A stretch of 53,331 nucleotides of DNA from a virus. Taxonomy: Duplodnaviria > Caudoviricetes. Position 1 is the first letter of the stretch; every line of letters begins with the position of its first letter. Shown here piece by piece: positions 16,558-24,559 of the stretch. Made by a program: the position numbers and the translations under genes. The DNA is taken from the IMG/VR virus record IMGVR_UViG_3300002446_000089, positions 1 to 53,331 of that record; one strand, written 5' to 3'. The notes beneath the pieces are model-generated. The model was not told the DNA's origin. It searched no databases and worked only from the letters and a program-made list of their open reading frames with translations.

Positions 16558-17499
16558 ATGACAGGAAATCCAATTAATGATAATTGGTTTTTGGGGCAAC
16601 AAATAAGAGAAGCAAGAAACCAGATGGAATTAACTCAGGAACAAGCAGCTGATGCAATACAGAAAAAGTATAATGTTCGCCTTTCTCCATCATATTTAAG
16701 TATGATAGAAAGTGGAGATAGGAAAAATCTAACACACAAACTTCTACAAGCTTTGTATGATTTTTTCTCTTTAGATAAACAAGATATAGTTAAAACAACA
16801 TCCCCCAGTGTCACTATCGACCTTGCCGATGCCCTAGAGAATAGCAATATTGAACTTCTCTCAGCCGGTCAAAAGATTAGCCCAGATCAAAGGCTTAATA
16901 TAGCCCGCATACTTAACAATCAGGACGTATCCAGACCAATATCTAAGCCAAACCACATCCCCATCTTAGGTACCATCCGTGCCGGTATTCCCCTTTTAGC
17001 CGAAGAAAACTACGCCGGTGAACTGGACATCCCTGCCGACGTCAGGGCTGACTTCGCCCTTCAGGTGAAAGGCGATAGCATGATAGGAGTGGGGATCCAT
17101 GCAGGAGATTTTGCCGTTTGCCGCCAGCCGGACAAGATAAAGCCTGGGGATATCGTTGTGGCGCTTCGCGATATAGCAGCTGGCTTTTCCGAAGCAACGT
17201 TGAAGTTTTACTTTGAGGACAAAGAAAAGGGAGCCGTACTTAGGGCAGCTAACCCGGATTATGAAGATATAATTATGGATAAGGAGTACCGAATCGCCGG
17301 TGTTGTGGTGGCCTTAATCAGAAAAGAGCCGCCGGAGTACTGGTTTTACCAAGACTATATAGCCAGTAAAGAAGAGAGCTTGCAGGAATGGAATAAGGTT
17401 ATTGAAAAGGCTATACAGTGTGGGATTAAGCCGGGGCAGGTGGAGGAAATGATGGAGCTGCAATGGCAGATGGCAAGGAAGATTGCGGGGAAAAAGTAG
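16558..17499 (+). CDS. CI/LexA-like repressor (HTH + S24 peptidase)
   Basis: N-terminal HTH; IPILGTIRAG autocleavage site; VKGDSM; ATLK. Confidence 0.92.
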   Translation: MTGNPINDNWFLGQQIREARNQMELTQEQAADAIQKKYNVRLSPSYLSMIESGDRKNLTHKLLQALYDFFSLDKQDIVKTTSPSVTIDLADALENSNIELLSAGQKISPDQRLNIARILNNQDVSRPISKPNHIPILGTIRAGIPLLAEENYAGELDIPADVRADFALQVKGDSMIGVGIHAGDFAVCRQPDKIKPGDIVVALRDIAAGFSEATLKFYFEDKEKGAVLRAANPDYEDIIMDKEYRIAGVVVALIRKEPPEYWFYQDYIASKEESLQEWNKVIEKAIQCGIKPGQVEEMMELQWQMARKIAGKK

Positions 17500-17525
17500 T
17501 TAGTGATGCTGATTTTCAAATAAAA

Positions 17526-17598
17526 TATAGCGATGGGATTCGAACCCACAATCTAGCTCTTAGCAGGAGCCCGCTTTATCCAGTTAAGCTACGGGCGC
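17526..17598 (-). pseudogene. tRNA-like element (Arg-like body, GCT anticodon) with broken 3' acceptor strand
   Basis: GCGCCCG-TA-GCTT AACTGGATA AAGC-G-GGCTC CTGCTAA GAGCT-AGATT-GTGGG TTCGAAT CCCAT, then CGCTATA instead of CGGGCGC. Confidence 0.75.
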
Positions 17599-17610
17599 AT
17601 CTCAATGAAT

Positions 17611-17640
17611 ATTATAGCAGAAAATGGTATTACCGGACAA
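17611..17640 (-). promoter_or_regulatory. Sigma-A promoter upstream of the tRNA-like element
   Basis: TTGTCC-N18-TATAAT with TGn extension. Confidence 0.65.
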
Positions 17641-17664
17641 TAAAATTTAGTAAGGTGAAAACAT

Positions 17665-17991
17665 ATGTCCTGGAAAAACAAGCTTTATTACGGGGACAAT
17701 CTGTATATCCTTCGCGAACATATTCAAGATGAATCTGTGGACTTAATCTACATAGATCCACCTTTTAACAGTAATGCTACCTATAACGTTCTATTTCAGG
17801 AGACTAATGGTACTGCATCGGCTGCCCAGATCGCAGCTTTTGAAGATACCTGGCACTGGAACATGCAAACCGAAGATGCTTTTCGGGAAATTGTTACCGA
17901 AGGGCCAAAAAGGATTGCTGATCTAATTCAGGTTTTAAGAGCTTTCCTAGGCCAAAACGATATGATGGCCTATAATGATTTAGTGTGGTAG
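17665..17991 (+). pseudogene. Truncated amino-DNA methyltransferase (N-terminal part only)
   Basis: NKLYYGDNL...SVDLIYIDPPFNS; stops at 108 aa with no SAM-binding motif. Confidence 0.8.
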
Positions 17992-18010
17992 ACATTGGGG
18001 GATTAGGAAC

Positions 18011-18277
18011 ATGTCTAAATCACGTAGTTTACGGTCGATTGTTGCTGTTTGCCTGCTTATTGCCGGATCTCTCTTAACGCTTACCGGGCTTACAATGATC
18101 TTTACGCATGCTGATCCAGGGCATGGCCGGCAATTAATGCTTATAGGAATGACAAGGCATCAATTTTATGATATACATATTTTTTTCGCCTTAATAGCAC
18201 TGCTATTTGGAGTAATTCACATAACCATCAATTGGAAAGCGTTAATTGGTTCCTTTAGATATTTGTTTAGGGATTGA
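18011..18277 (+). CDS. Small membrane protein, DUF4405-like
   Basis: Two hydrophobic helices, LTGL, DIH...IHITINWK His pattern. Confidence 0.65.
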   Translation: MSKSRSLRSIVAVCLLIAGSLLTLTGLTMIFTHADPGHGRQLMLIGMTRHQFYDIHIFFALIALLFGVIHITINWKALIGSFRYLFRD

Positions 18278-18316
18278 AAAGAGAGCTTGTACTATTAAGT
18301 TTCTGGAGGTGCCCCT

Positions 18317-19771
18317 ATGACCAAACCAAAACCTTCCTTATCCACAAATCTCGCCCTGGGTATCGTCAGAGTTTCAACTATCGAGCAGGCCCAGGAAGAG
18401 AGGTACTCAATACCTCACCAGCGTACTCACATAGCCGAGGAATGCCGCACTCGCAAACTAGACCTTGTCCACATCTTTGAATTTGTACAGTCCGGGGCAA
18501 AGGTATTAAGCAGCTCCGGAAAAGAACGCCAGGCAGTACTCAAGTTCATCCAGGATTACGGCGTTTCTGTTGTCATAGTCCACGAACTGGACCGGTTGGC
18601 CAGGTCTATGTTGGATACCCTTCTTTTCGTTGATCAACTGGACAAAATGGGCGTCTCTTTTGTTTCGATCCACGACGGCTTTGATACAACTACAGCCCAG
18701 GGCCAGCTGCAGATGCATATCCTTTCCGCATTTTCGGAGTATTTTAGGAAGCAGCTGGCTTCAAAAGTGCTTGGCGGAATGATCGAACGGGCGAAACAGG
18801 GTAAGTACATGGGTCGGCGCCCTCTGGGTTATAAGCTTACTCCCGATGGTTTTGAAATAGATGAAGAGGAAGCTAAAATTGTAAGACTTATTTACTCCAT
18901 GTACATGGAGCAGAATTTTGGCCTGCGGGCTATTGCCGATATGCTGAATAGAATGGACTTTAAAAGCCTGCGGGGGAATTCCTGGGCGCATGTGTCTGTA
19001 AGAGAGATTATTGAAAATGAGGTTTATACAGGAACATTTACATGGGGAGATGTAAGGGTAGAAAACAACCACCCGGTAATAATTGATCGGGGCATGTGGG
19101 ATCAGACCCAGGCCAGGCGAAAAAGAAAGGCGGATCTCGGCGGCCGGTCACAAAATGACTTTTACCTGCTTTCCGGCCTCCTGCGTTGTGGAGTGTGTAA
19201 AGAAGCTACATTGGTCGGCAGGAAAGCCCGGAAAGGGAAGTACACATACCGGTATTACACTTGCAATAATTACGCAAGCAGAGGTACGGGTACCTGTGAC
19301 ATTGGATATATCAGGGCGGATCTGCTGGAAGAAAACGTTTTGCTGGACATAGAAGAGATATTAAAAGACGGCACTTTGGTAAACAGGGAGATAATCCCTT
19401 CAGATGTAGACGTATTGAAGGAAAACCTGGTCATGAAGGAAAGGGAACTGGAACGGCTGAAGACGATGTTGATCCGTGCAGCAGAAGCATACGAAACCGG
19501 CCAGTACGATATCGGCTTTTTCTCTCAGCGGCGGGAGACTATTTTAGCCCAACAAGTAGGCGTTGAAGAGGATATTATTAACCTGAACAACCAATTATCT
19601 TGTCAGCTTTCTGGTGAAGCAATGGAGGAAAAAATAAAAGCCTGCGCCAAAGCTGCAGCTTCAATATTAATAGAGCAGGACCCTATAAAACGGAAAGCGC
19701 ACCTCCAGGGGTTGATCAGCCATATTGAAGTGCGCTCTAAGGATGATATAACGATTTATTATCGAATATAG
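18317..19771 (+). CDS. Large serine recombinase (integrase)
   Basis: RVST catalytic Ser, DRLARS, recombinase domain, LLSGLLRCGVC zinc ribbon, coiled coil. Confidence 0.95.
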   Translation: MTKPKPSLSTNLALGIVRVSTIEQAQEERYSIPHQRTHIAEECRTRKLDLVHIFEFVQSGAKVLSSSGKERQAVLKFIQDYGVSVVIVHELDRLARSMLDTLLFVDQLDKMGVSFVSIHDGFDTTTAQGQLQMHILSAFSEYFRKQLASKVLGGMIERAKQGKYMGRRPLGYKLTPDGFEIDEEEAKIVRLIYSMYMEQNFGLRAIADMLNRMDFKSLRGNSWAHVSVREIIENEVYTGTFTWGDVRVENNHPVIIDRGMWDQTQARRKRKADLGGRSQNDFYLLSGLLRCGVCKEATLVGRKARKGKYTYRYYTCNNYASRGTGTCDIGYIRADLLEENVLLDIEEILKDGTLVNREIIPSDVDVLKENLVMKERELERLKTMLIRAAEAYETGQYDIGFFSQRRETILAQQVGVEEDIINLNNQLSCQLSGEAMEEKIKACAKAAASILIEQDPIKRKAHLQGLISHIEVRSKDDITIYYRI

Positions 19772-19824
19772 TCTATCTGTTATGCTTCATTGGGTAAGCC
19801 TAACCATACATAACATATAAACTA
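19769..19824. other. Candidate attP site
   Basis: Imperfect inverted repeat TAGTcTATcTGTTATG...CATAACAtATAaACTA centred on AA 19796-19797, at the integrase stop. Confidence 0.65.
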
Positions 19825-19887
19825 ATATTTACTTTTCGTAACTTTCCTCAAGCGGCATTTCAAACCGCCTTCCTTCACAACTAATTA

Positions 19888-20217
19888 TTAATTATATTCG
19901 CTCCAGGCTTTTTCAATGGCTGTACGAATCGCCTCAACAGATAGGCCGCTCAATCCCCACTGCGATTTATGCTGGTTGAAGTACGCCAGTGCTTTTTCAA
20001 GCTTGACTTCACCGATCTCATCCTTAAAGACAGTCTCGGCATAAGTGTATGCGTCATGGCCGAGCTTGTCAGTGACCACTTTCTTTAACAACACCTTAAG
20101 CGGGTTCCAGACGAGGATCAAAAGGCATACTATGATGAGATAGACTAGGCTTGGGAGCAGCTTACTGATTATACTGATTAATTCAAGAATTACGTCTAAC
20201 ATATACATTACCTCCAC
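19888..20217 (-). CDS. Holin (LL-H-like)
   Basis: N-terminal TM segment, AYTYAE...KLEKAL...IRTAIEKA; next to the endolysin. Confidence 0.7.
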   Translation of the reverse strand: MEVMYMLDVILELISIISKLLPSLVYLIIVCLLILVWNPLKVLLKKVVTDKLGHDAYTYAETVFKDEIGEVKLEKALAYFNQHKSQWGLSGLSVEAIRTAIEKAWSEYN

Positions 20218-20358
20218 AGTTTTGATTTGAGCATAAATAAAGCCCTCTTCCAGGGCTTGTGAGTCCTATACCAATATTCTTTTTTTATTATGGCCATTTT
20301 CTGACCTGGCCTCAGTTCTCTTAAACTAGGGACTTCGGGGACGCTTCATCGGGATCAC

Positions 20359-21069
20359 CTACTTCCCCATAAACTTTGTAAATGCCCTGTCCAGGATAAC
20401 AACAACCTGCGCCCTGGTTACTGGCGCATCCGGGTTGAAATTGCCCTGTGTGTCTCCTTTAACGATCCCCAGTTGGGCATATTTCTCGACACTAGCCTTG
20501 GCTGGATGATTATCCGGAACATCTTTAAACATACCTGCCACTGTACTTATCGCCTCCTTTACAACATGATTCTGTAAATCGCCCAGCAATCTTGTCCACG
20601 GAAAGTTAGGACCCGGGCAGTTTGGCCTGTTTACCGAATCGATCCGGTAATGGCCGATGATGTGGTCTTTATCCACAACAATGCCATGTTTGGCTATGAG
20701 TTGCTTATGTAGCCAAAGGGTTGCCTGATACTGCGCTTCTGTAAGTGTCCCATCGCCGCCGTTATTTCCGTAGCCTTCGTGTTCGATGCCGATGGTTATT
20801 TTGTTGGGGTTGGTCTTGCCGTCGTATAGTGCCCAGTTTGGTTTGTTGACTATCCCTGCATGCCAAGAAGTATCCTCATCTTTGACTAACTGATAAATAG
20901 CGCCTGTTCGTGTAACAATGTAATGGGCGCTGCTTTTTGCTGCCGGATTTTGGAGCCAAGACAGGCAACCTGGGAACGCGCCTGAAGTGATATGGTTTAC
21001 AATTCCTATTATCTTTTTTCCGCTACGCCCGGTACTGAAGTTTTTTGTCGGTGACCAGTGAATATCCAT
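20359..21069 (-). CDS. Endolysin: N-acetylmuramoyl-L-alanine amidase (Amidase_2) with SLH domain
   Basis: IVNHIT, SAHYIV, SWHAG, IGIEHE, IIGHYRID, CPG; C-terminal FKDVP..H...GIVKG...FNPDAPVTRAQ. Confidence 0.92.
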   Translation of the reverse strand: MDIHWSPTKNFSTGRSGKKIIGIVNHITSGAFPGCLSWLQNPAAKSSAHYIVTRTGAIYQLVKDEDTSWHAGIVNKPNWALYDGKTNPNKITIGIEHEGYGNNGGDGTLTEAQYQATLWLHKQLIAKHGIVVDKDHIIGHYRIDSVNRPNCPGPNFPWTRLLGDLQNHVVKEAISTVAGMFKDVPDNHPAKASVEKYAQLGIVKGDTQGNFNPDAPVTRAQVVVILDRAFTKFMGK

Positions 21070-21083
21070 GCATTTTCACCTCC

Positions 21084-21476
21084 TTATATTCCGGCGTCTC
21101 CGCCGCTTAAATCGGTTGGTTCGGGTGTGACTGTGTTTACTGTTTGCGACGTGTCTACAGAAGGTGTCGATTGGGTTCCGTAGCTATAATTGTTATAACC
21201 GTAACCGCCGTAGCCGCCATAATTATTGTTCATGCCCTGACTACGCATAAAGTACATTGCAGCGCCTTCCTGGAGGAAGTAGCCGCCTAATACAATACCT
21301 ATAACCGGGACAAGTGCCTGAAGCACTGCCAGCGCATTATCTTTGCCGAAACAGGCAAGCACACAGACAAATAAAAATGTACTGGAAAACGCAATCGCTA
21401 AAATGTCTTTGAAGCTAATCTGCCAGGGCTGATTAAAAAAACCTTTTGTATTCTCTTTTATTGGCGGCATATTCAT
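21084..21476 (-). CDS. Membrane protein, holin-like, with Gly/Tyr/Asn-rich tail
   Basis: Two TM segments; ATGA overlap with the upstream gene; lysis module. Confidence 0.6.
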   Translation of the reverse strand: MNMPPIKENTKGFFNQPWQISFKDILAIAFSSTFLFVCVLACFGKDNALAVLQALVPVIGIVLGGYFLQEGAAMYFMRSQGMNNNYGGYGGYGYNNYSYGTQSTPSVDTSQTVNTVTPEPTDLSGGDAGI

Positions 21477-21775
21477 CGACAAAACACCTGCGCTAATACT
21501 GCAAGTAGAGCAATAAACAGCCCTCCGGCGCCAAAAATATATGCCCACCGCTGGGCACTGTTTTCCTTTGACTCCGTCTCATTTTTCTCTTTACCTTTTT
21601 GCTCACTTAGCCATAATTCGATTTCATTCAGCCGCTTCCGAATACCGTTGTAATCACGCAGCAAGGTTGTGGTTTTCCCTATTTCTGTGCATACATGACT
21701 TATCTGCTCTTTAAGCTCCTCAATCTGCTCAAAAAGGGCCTTATTTGAGTACCACTGTGTCTTTTCGTTTTCCAA
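21473..21775 (-). CDS. Lysis-module coiled-coil protein with C-terminal TM (XhlA-like position)
   Basis: QWYSNKALFE...LLRDYNGIR; C-terminal TM. Confidence 0.65.
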   Translation of the reverse strand: MENEKTQWYSNKALFEQIEELKEQISHVCTEIGKTTTLLRDYNGIRKRLNEIELWLSEQKGKEKNETESKENSAQRWAYIFGAGGLFIALLAVLAQVFCR

Positions 21776-21853
21776 ATCCCACCCACCTCCAAATAAAATA
21801 ACCCCCTATTTCGGCGGCTCTTATCCGATCATTATGTGCCTAAGCGTTTAGTC

Positions 21854-22417
21854 TTAAGCCAAGTGCACCGTATTGGTAACCCGGCTCTCCAGACCTGACG
21901 CGCATCGATCATTATACGTAGGCACAAACTTGCAGTCAGCATGTCCGGAAGGACATGTGATCGTGTCCATATCAATAACTCCGCTTGTCGGTTCGTTACC
22001 TGTGTAGCTGTGGTAGTGTTCTGCGTTTACGTTTACTTTCCCCGCAGCGGGAGCAGGACCAGTGTTGGCCTGCTCGAAGTCATCCACCCCAAAGGTCTTG
22101 CTTAGGTGCCAAAGCTGGCAGTTTGCGTGTCCCGATGCGCACATATACAGATGGGGATGGTTGAACGTGACATTGCCTGTCGTCCGATAAAATGAGTGCG
22201 TATGCCGGCCTATAACGCTTATTTTCCCGCTGCGTATATGACCTTTACTATTATTCGAACAGCCCTTGACTATATGAAAGGTCCACATGTCATGAATTTT
22301 GCAGTCAGCGTGCCCAAGGACACATTGCTCTGTTCCCACTTCATACACAGCTATCATTCCGTCGTTAGCGTCACCAATTGTATGAGGGTTGTCCTGGTTT
22401 ATAACCACTCTTGCCAT
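21854..22417 (-). CDS. His/Cys-rich hypothetical tail-associated protein
   Basis: Three CxxGHAxC repeats and HxH motifs; SD GAGGTG. Confidence 0.7.
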   Translation of the reverse strand: MARVVINQDNPHTIGDANDGMIAVYEVGTEQCVLGHADCKIHDMWTFHIVKGCSNNSKGHIRSGKISVIGRHTHSFYRTTGNVTFNHPHLYMCASGHANCQLWHLSKTFGVDDFEQANTGPAPAAGKVNVNAEHYHSYTGNEPTSGVIDMDTITCPSGHADCKFVPTYNDRCASGLESRVTNTVHLA

Positions 22418-22429
22418 ATAAGACCACCT

Positions 22430-23407
22430 CTATTCAATCGTGAAGGCTACAAATCCGGTTGCCTCCGACCTATTTGCTCCACTGGTATTTTTCAACCGGA
22501 AGGCAACAACTTTATCTGCAGCTACCGTGGCAAGTGGATTTCCGGCAGACCAGCTTGAATTGGAAGAATACACCGACTGGCTGTCAGTCACATTCCAGAC
22601 CTCGCAGATCATATTAGTTATCCCGGCAGGGTAAACATTTGTTGCCTTAATCTTAAGCGTTTTTCCTGTGGGTACCGTTACCTCGAAGAACCAAACCTCG
22701 TCAGCATTATTGAGGTTTGTTGACTGGCAGTTTGCGCAGAAAGGAAAGACCGTACTTGCCGGCATTGCCCCAATGGCAGCCGGTGTAATTGCATCAGCTT
22801 GTCCAGAAGCGTGGCTAGCTGCATGTGCCGATGGCGGGTATGTTGACGGTTTCCCTGCGATATTTGCCCAGATCAGATCGGACAGAGTAATTGCTCCAAT
22901 ATTCGCTGCCGTGAGAGCGTCCGATCCTCCGGTAGAGTGAGTAGTCTTATGTGCACTTGGAGTAAATGTCGAAGGCTTCCCTCCAAGGTTTGCCCAAGTA
23001 AAGAGAGCTGACGCAAGCGCACCGATAGACGCTGGAGTAATTGCATCAGCTTGTCCAGAAGCGTGGCTAGCTGCATGTGCAGATGGGGGAAACGTCGAAG
23101 GCTTGCCCTCTATACTAGACCAATCCACCTGGCCGCCGCCGATCAGTTCCCAAGTATCTGCAGCAACGTCCCGGTAGAACTTTTTCTCGTCCTCGTCAGT
23201 GGCGATATAAATGGCGCCGCTTCCGGTAGCCTCCGGACGGTTGGCAATAAGTCCGGCTTGGATTGACGGCACATCCCCGGCATTAACGATTTTTAGCGCA
23301 AGGTCTAAGATAGCCTGGTTTAATTCTGCAATTGCCAGGTTGATCTTCTGGGCTCCAGTAAGTAAACTGTCCTGCCCTTCACCGGATATAACAATTTGGT
23401 CTGCCAT
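22430..23407 (-). CDS. Tail fibre-like protein with three ~42-aa repeats
   Basis: WxxxxGKPSTxxPSAHxxxHxxGxxDAxTxAxIGA x3; 44-bp exact repeat at 22785-22828 and 23037-23080. Confidence 0.75.
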   Translation of the reverse strand: MADQIVISGEGQDSLLTGAQKINLAIAELNQAILDLALKIVNAGDVPSIQAGLIANRPEATGSGAIYIATDEDEKKFYRDVAADTWELIGGGQVDWSSIEGKPSTFPPSAHAASHASGQADAITPASIGALASALFTWANLGGKPSTFTPSAHKTTHSTGGSDALTAANIGAITLSDLIWANIAGKPSTYPPSAHAASHASGQADAITPAAIGAMPASTVFPFCANCQSTNLNNADEVWFFEVTVPTGKTLKIKATNVYPAGITNMICEVWNVTDSQSVYSSNSSWSAGNPLATVAADKVVAFRLKNTSGANRSEATGFVAFTIE

Positions 23408-23423
23408 GATATTTTCAGCCTCC

Positions 23424-24548
23424 TTATGACAGGATCAGCATCAGCCGTCTGGCCCGCGGTGTTACCAACCTGGAATTCGAAGTTGCGTTCAAGCGGATTC
23501 TAACATGCGTTGCCGGGGAAGCCAGGTGCTTAGTATACCTGTACTGGAAATATTCCGCACTTACCTGCTTTGCAGTTGGTGATTCAAAGTTCAGCCAGTT
23601 GGCTCCATCGTCTATACTGTATTGCAGCGTCTGCGTTGTTCCGCTTGGTGTGTTTAGGTCAACGTAGACCAGGATGTCCGAAAAGTTATCCGCTGATACC
23701 TGCTTTGTAACATACACTCCTGCAGCCTTATAGCTCAGGCCTACCAGAGTTGCAGACTTAACGTGGATGACCGGGCTTGTCTTACCGCCCCTCATAAGGA
23801 TAGCTTTTACATAAACTGTTGTCCTTATCGCGCTCAGAGCCGTAACATTGCTATCGTTTAATGGATACCACTGACTACTGTCAGGGGACCATTGCCATAA
23901 AATGCTGCATCCTTGAGGGATCAGTTCACCAACAGCAAGCAACAGCATCCCGACGTTATCTACCGGCACTGAATTGAATCTCAAGATCGCCTCGTCGCTG
24001 AATACCGCTCCGTAAAGCTTGAACTTTAGATCCATTTCTTGGTGCGCCGTCCATGTCGAAGCATTAGAAGAAGAGAACAGAACCCCTACCGTGTATGGCT
24101 GCCGGGTAACCTTTACTCCGGAGATTAGATCGTTCTCCGCGAGACGAGCTACAAACAGGCGGTATTGGTCAGCTGTAGTAATTATTACAATGCAATATTC
24201 AGTGTCAGCATAAAGTAGCACCGGCTCGTCAAAGGTAGCTTTTATTTCAACCGAACCGTTCGTTGATACAGAAACATCTGTAGGCCGAAGAGTCTTAGAC
24301 ACAAGAACAGTAGATCCGGGATAACCGTTAACCACATTCCTAATTTGAACTGTAACAGGTATCGATGGGTCTTTTGTATGAAAATAAAGACCAACCGCTG
24401 TGATAAACCTATTCTCAGCCAAAGTAAAACTTTGAGCTAGGGGATCTATCAGGTAACGCCAGGGATTCTGCCATGTAGTCGTCTCAATAACCTGTTTTTT
24501 GCCGATTCCTGTATATGCCGCAACTGCCTCATCTTGTATTACTGGCAT
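23424..24548 (-). CDS. Baseplate/virion structural protein (resembles C-terminal part of DUF4815 proteins)
   Basis: DPLAQSF...GVLFSSSNASTWTAHQEMDLKF. Confidence 0.7.
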   Translation of the reverse strand: MPVIQDEAVAAYTGIGKKQVIETTTWQNPWRYLIDPLAQSFTLAENRFITAVGLYFHTKDPSIPVTVQIRNVVNGYPGSTVLVSKTLRPTDVSVSTNGSVEIKATFDEPVLLYADTEYCIVIITTADQYRLFVARLAENDLISGVKVTRQPYTVGVLFSSSNASTWTAHQEMDLKFKLYGAVFSDEAILRFNSVPVDNVGMLLLAVGELIPQGCSILWQWSPDSSQWYPLNDSNVTALSAIRTTVYVKAILMRGGKTSPVIHVKSATLVGLSYKAAGVYVTKQVSADNFSDILVYVDLNTPSGTTQTLQYSIDDGANWLNFESPTAKQVSAEYFQYRYTKHLASPATHVRIRLNATSNSRLVTPRARRLMLILS

Positions 24549-24559
24549 CTGTCCACCTC

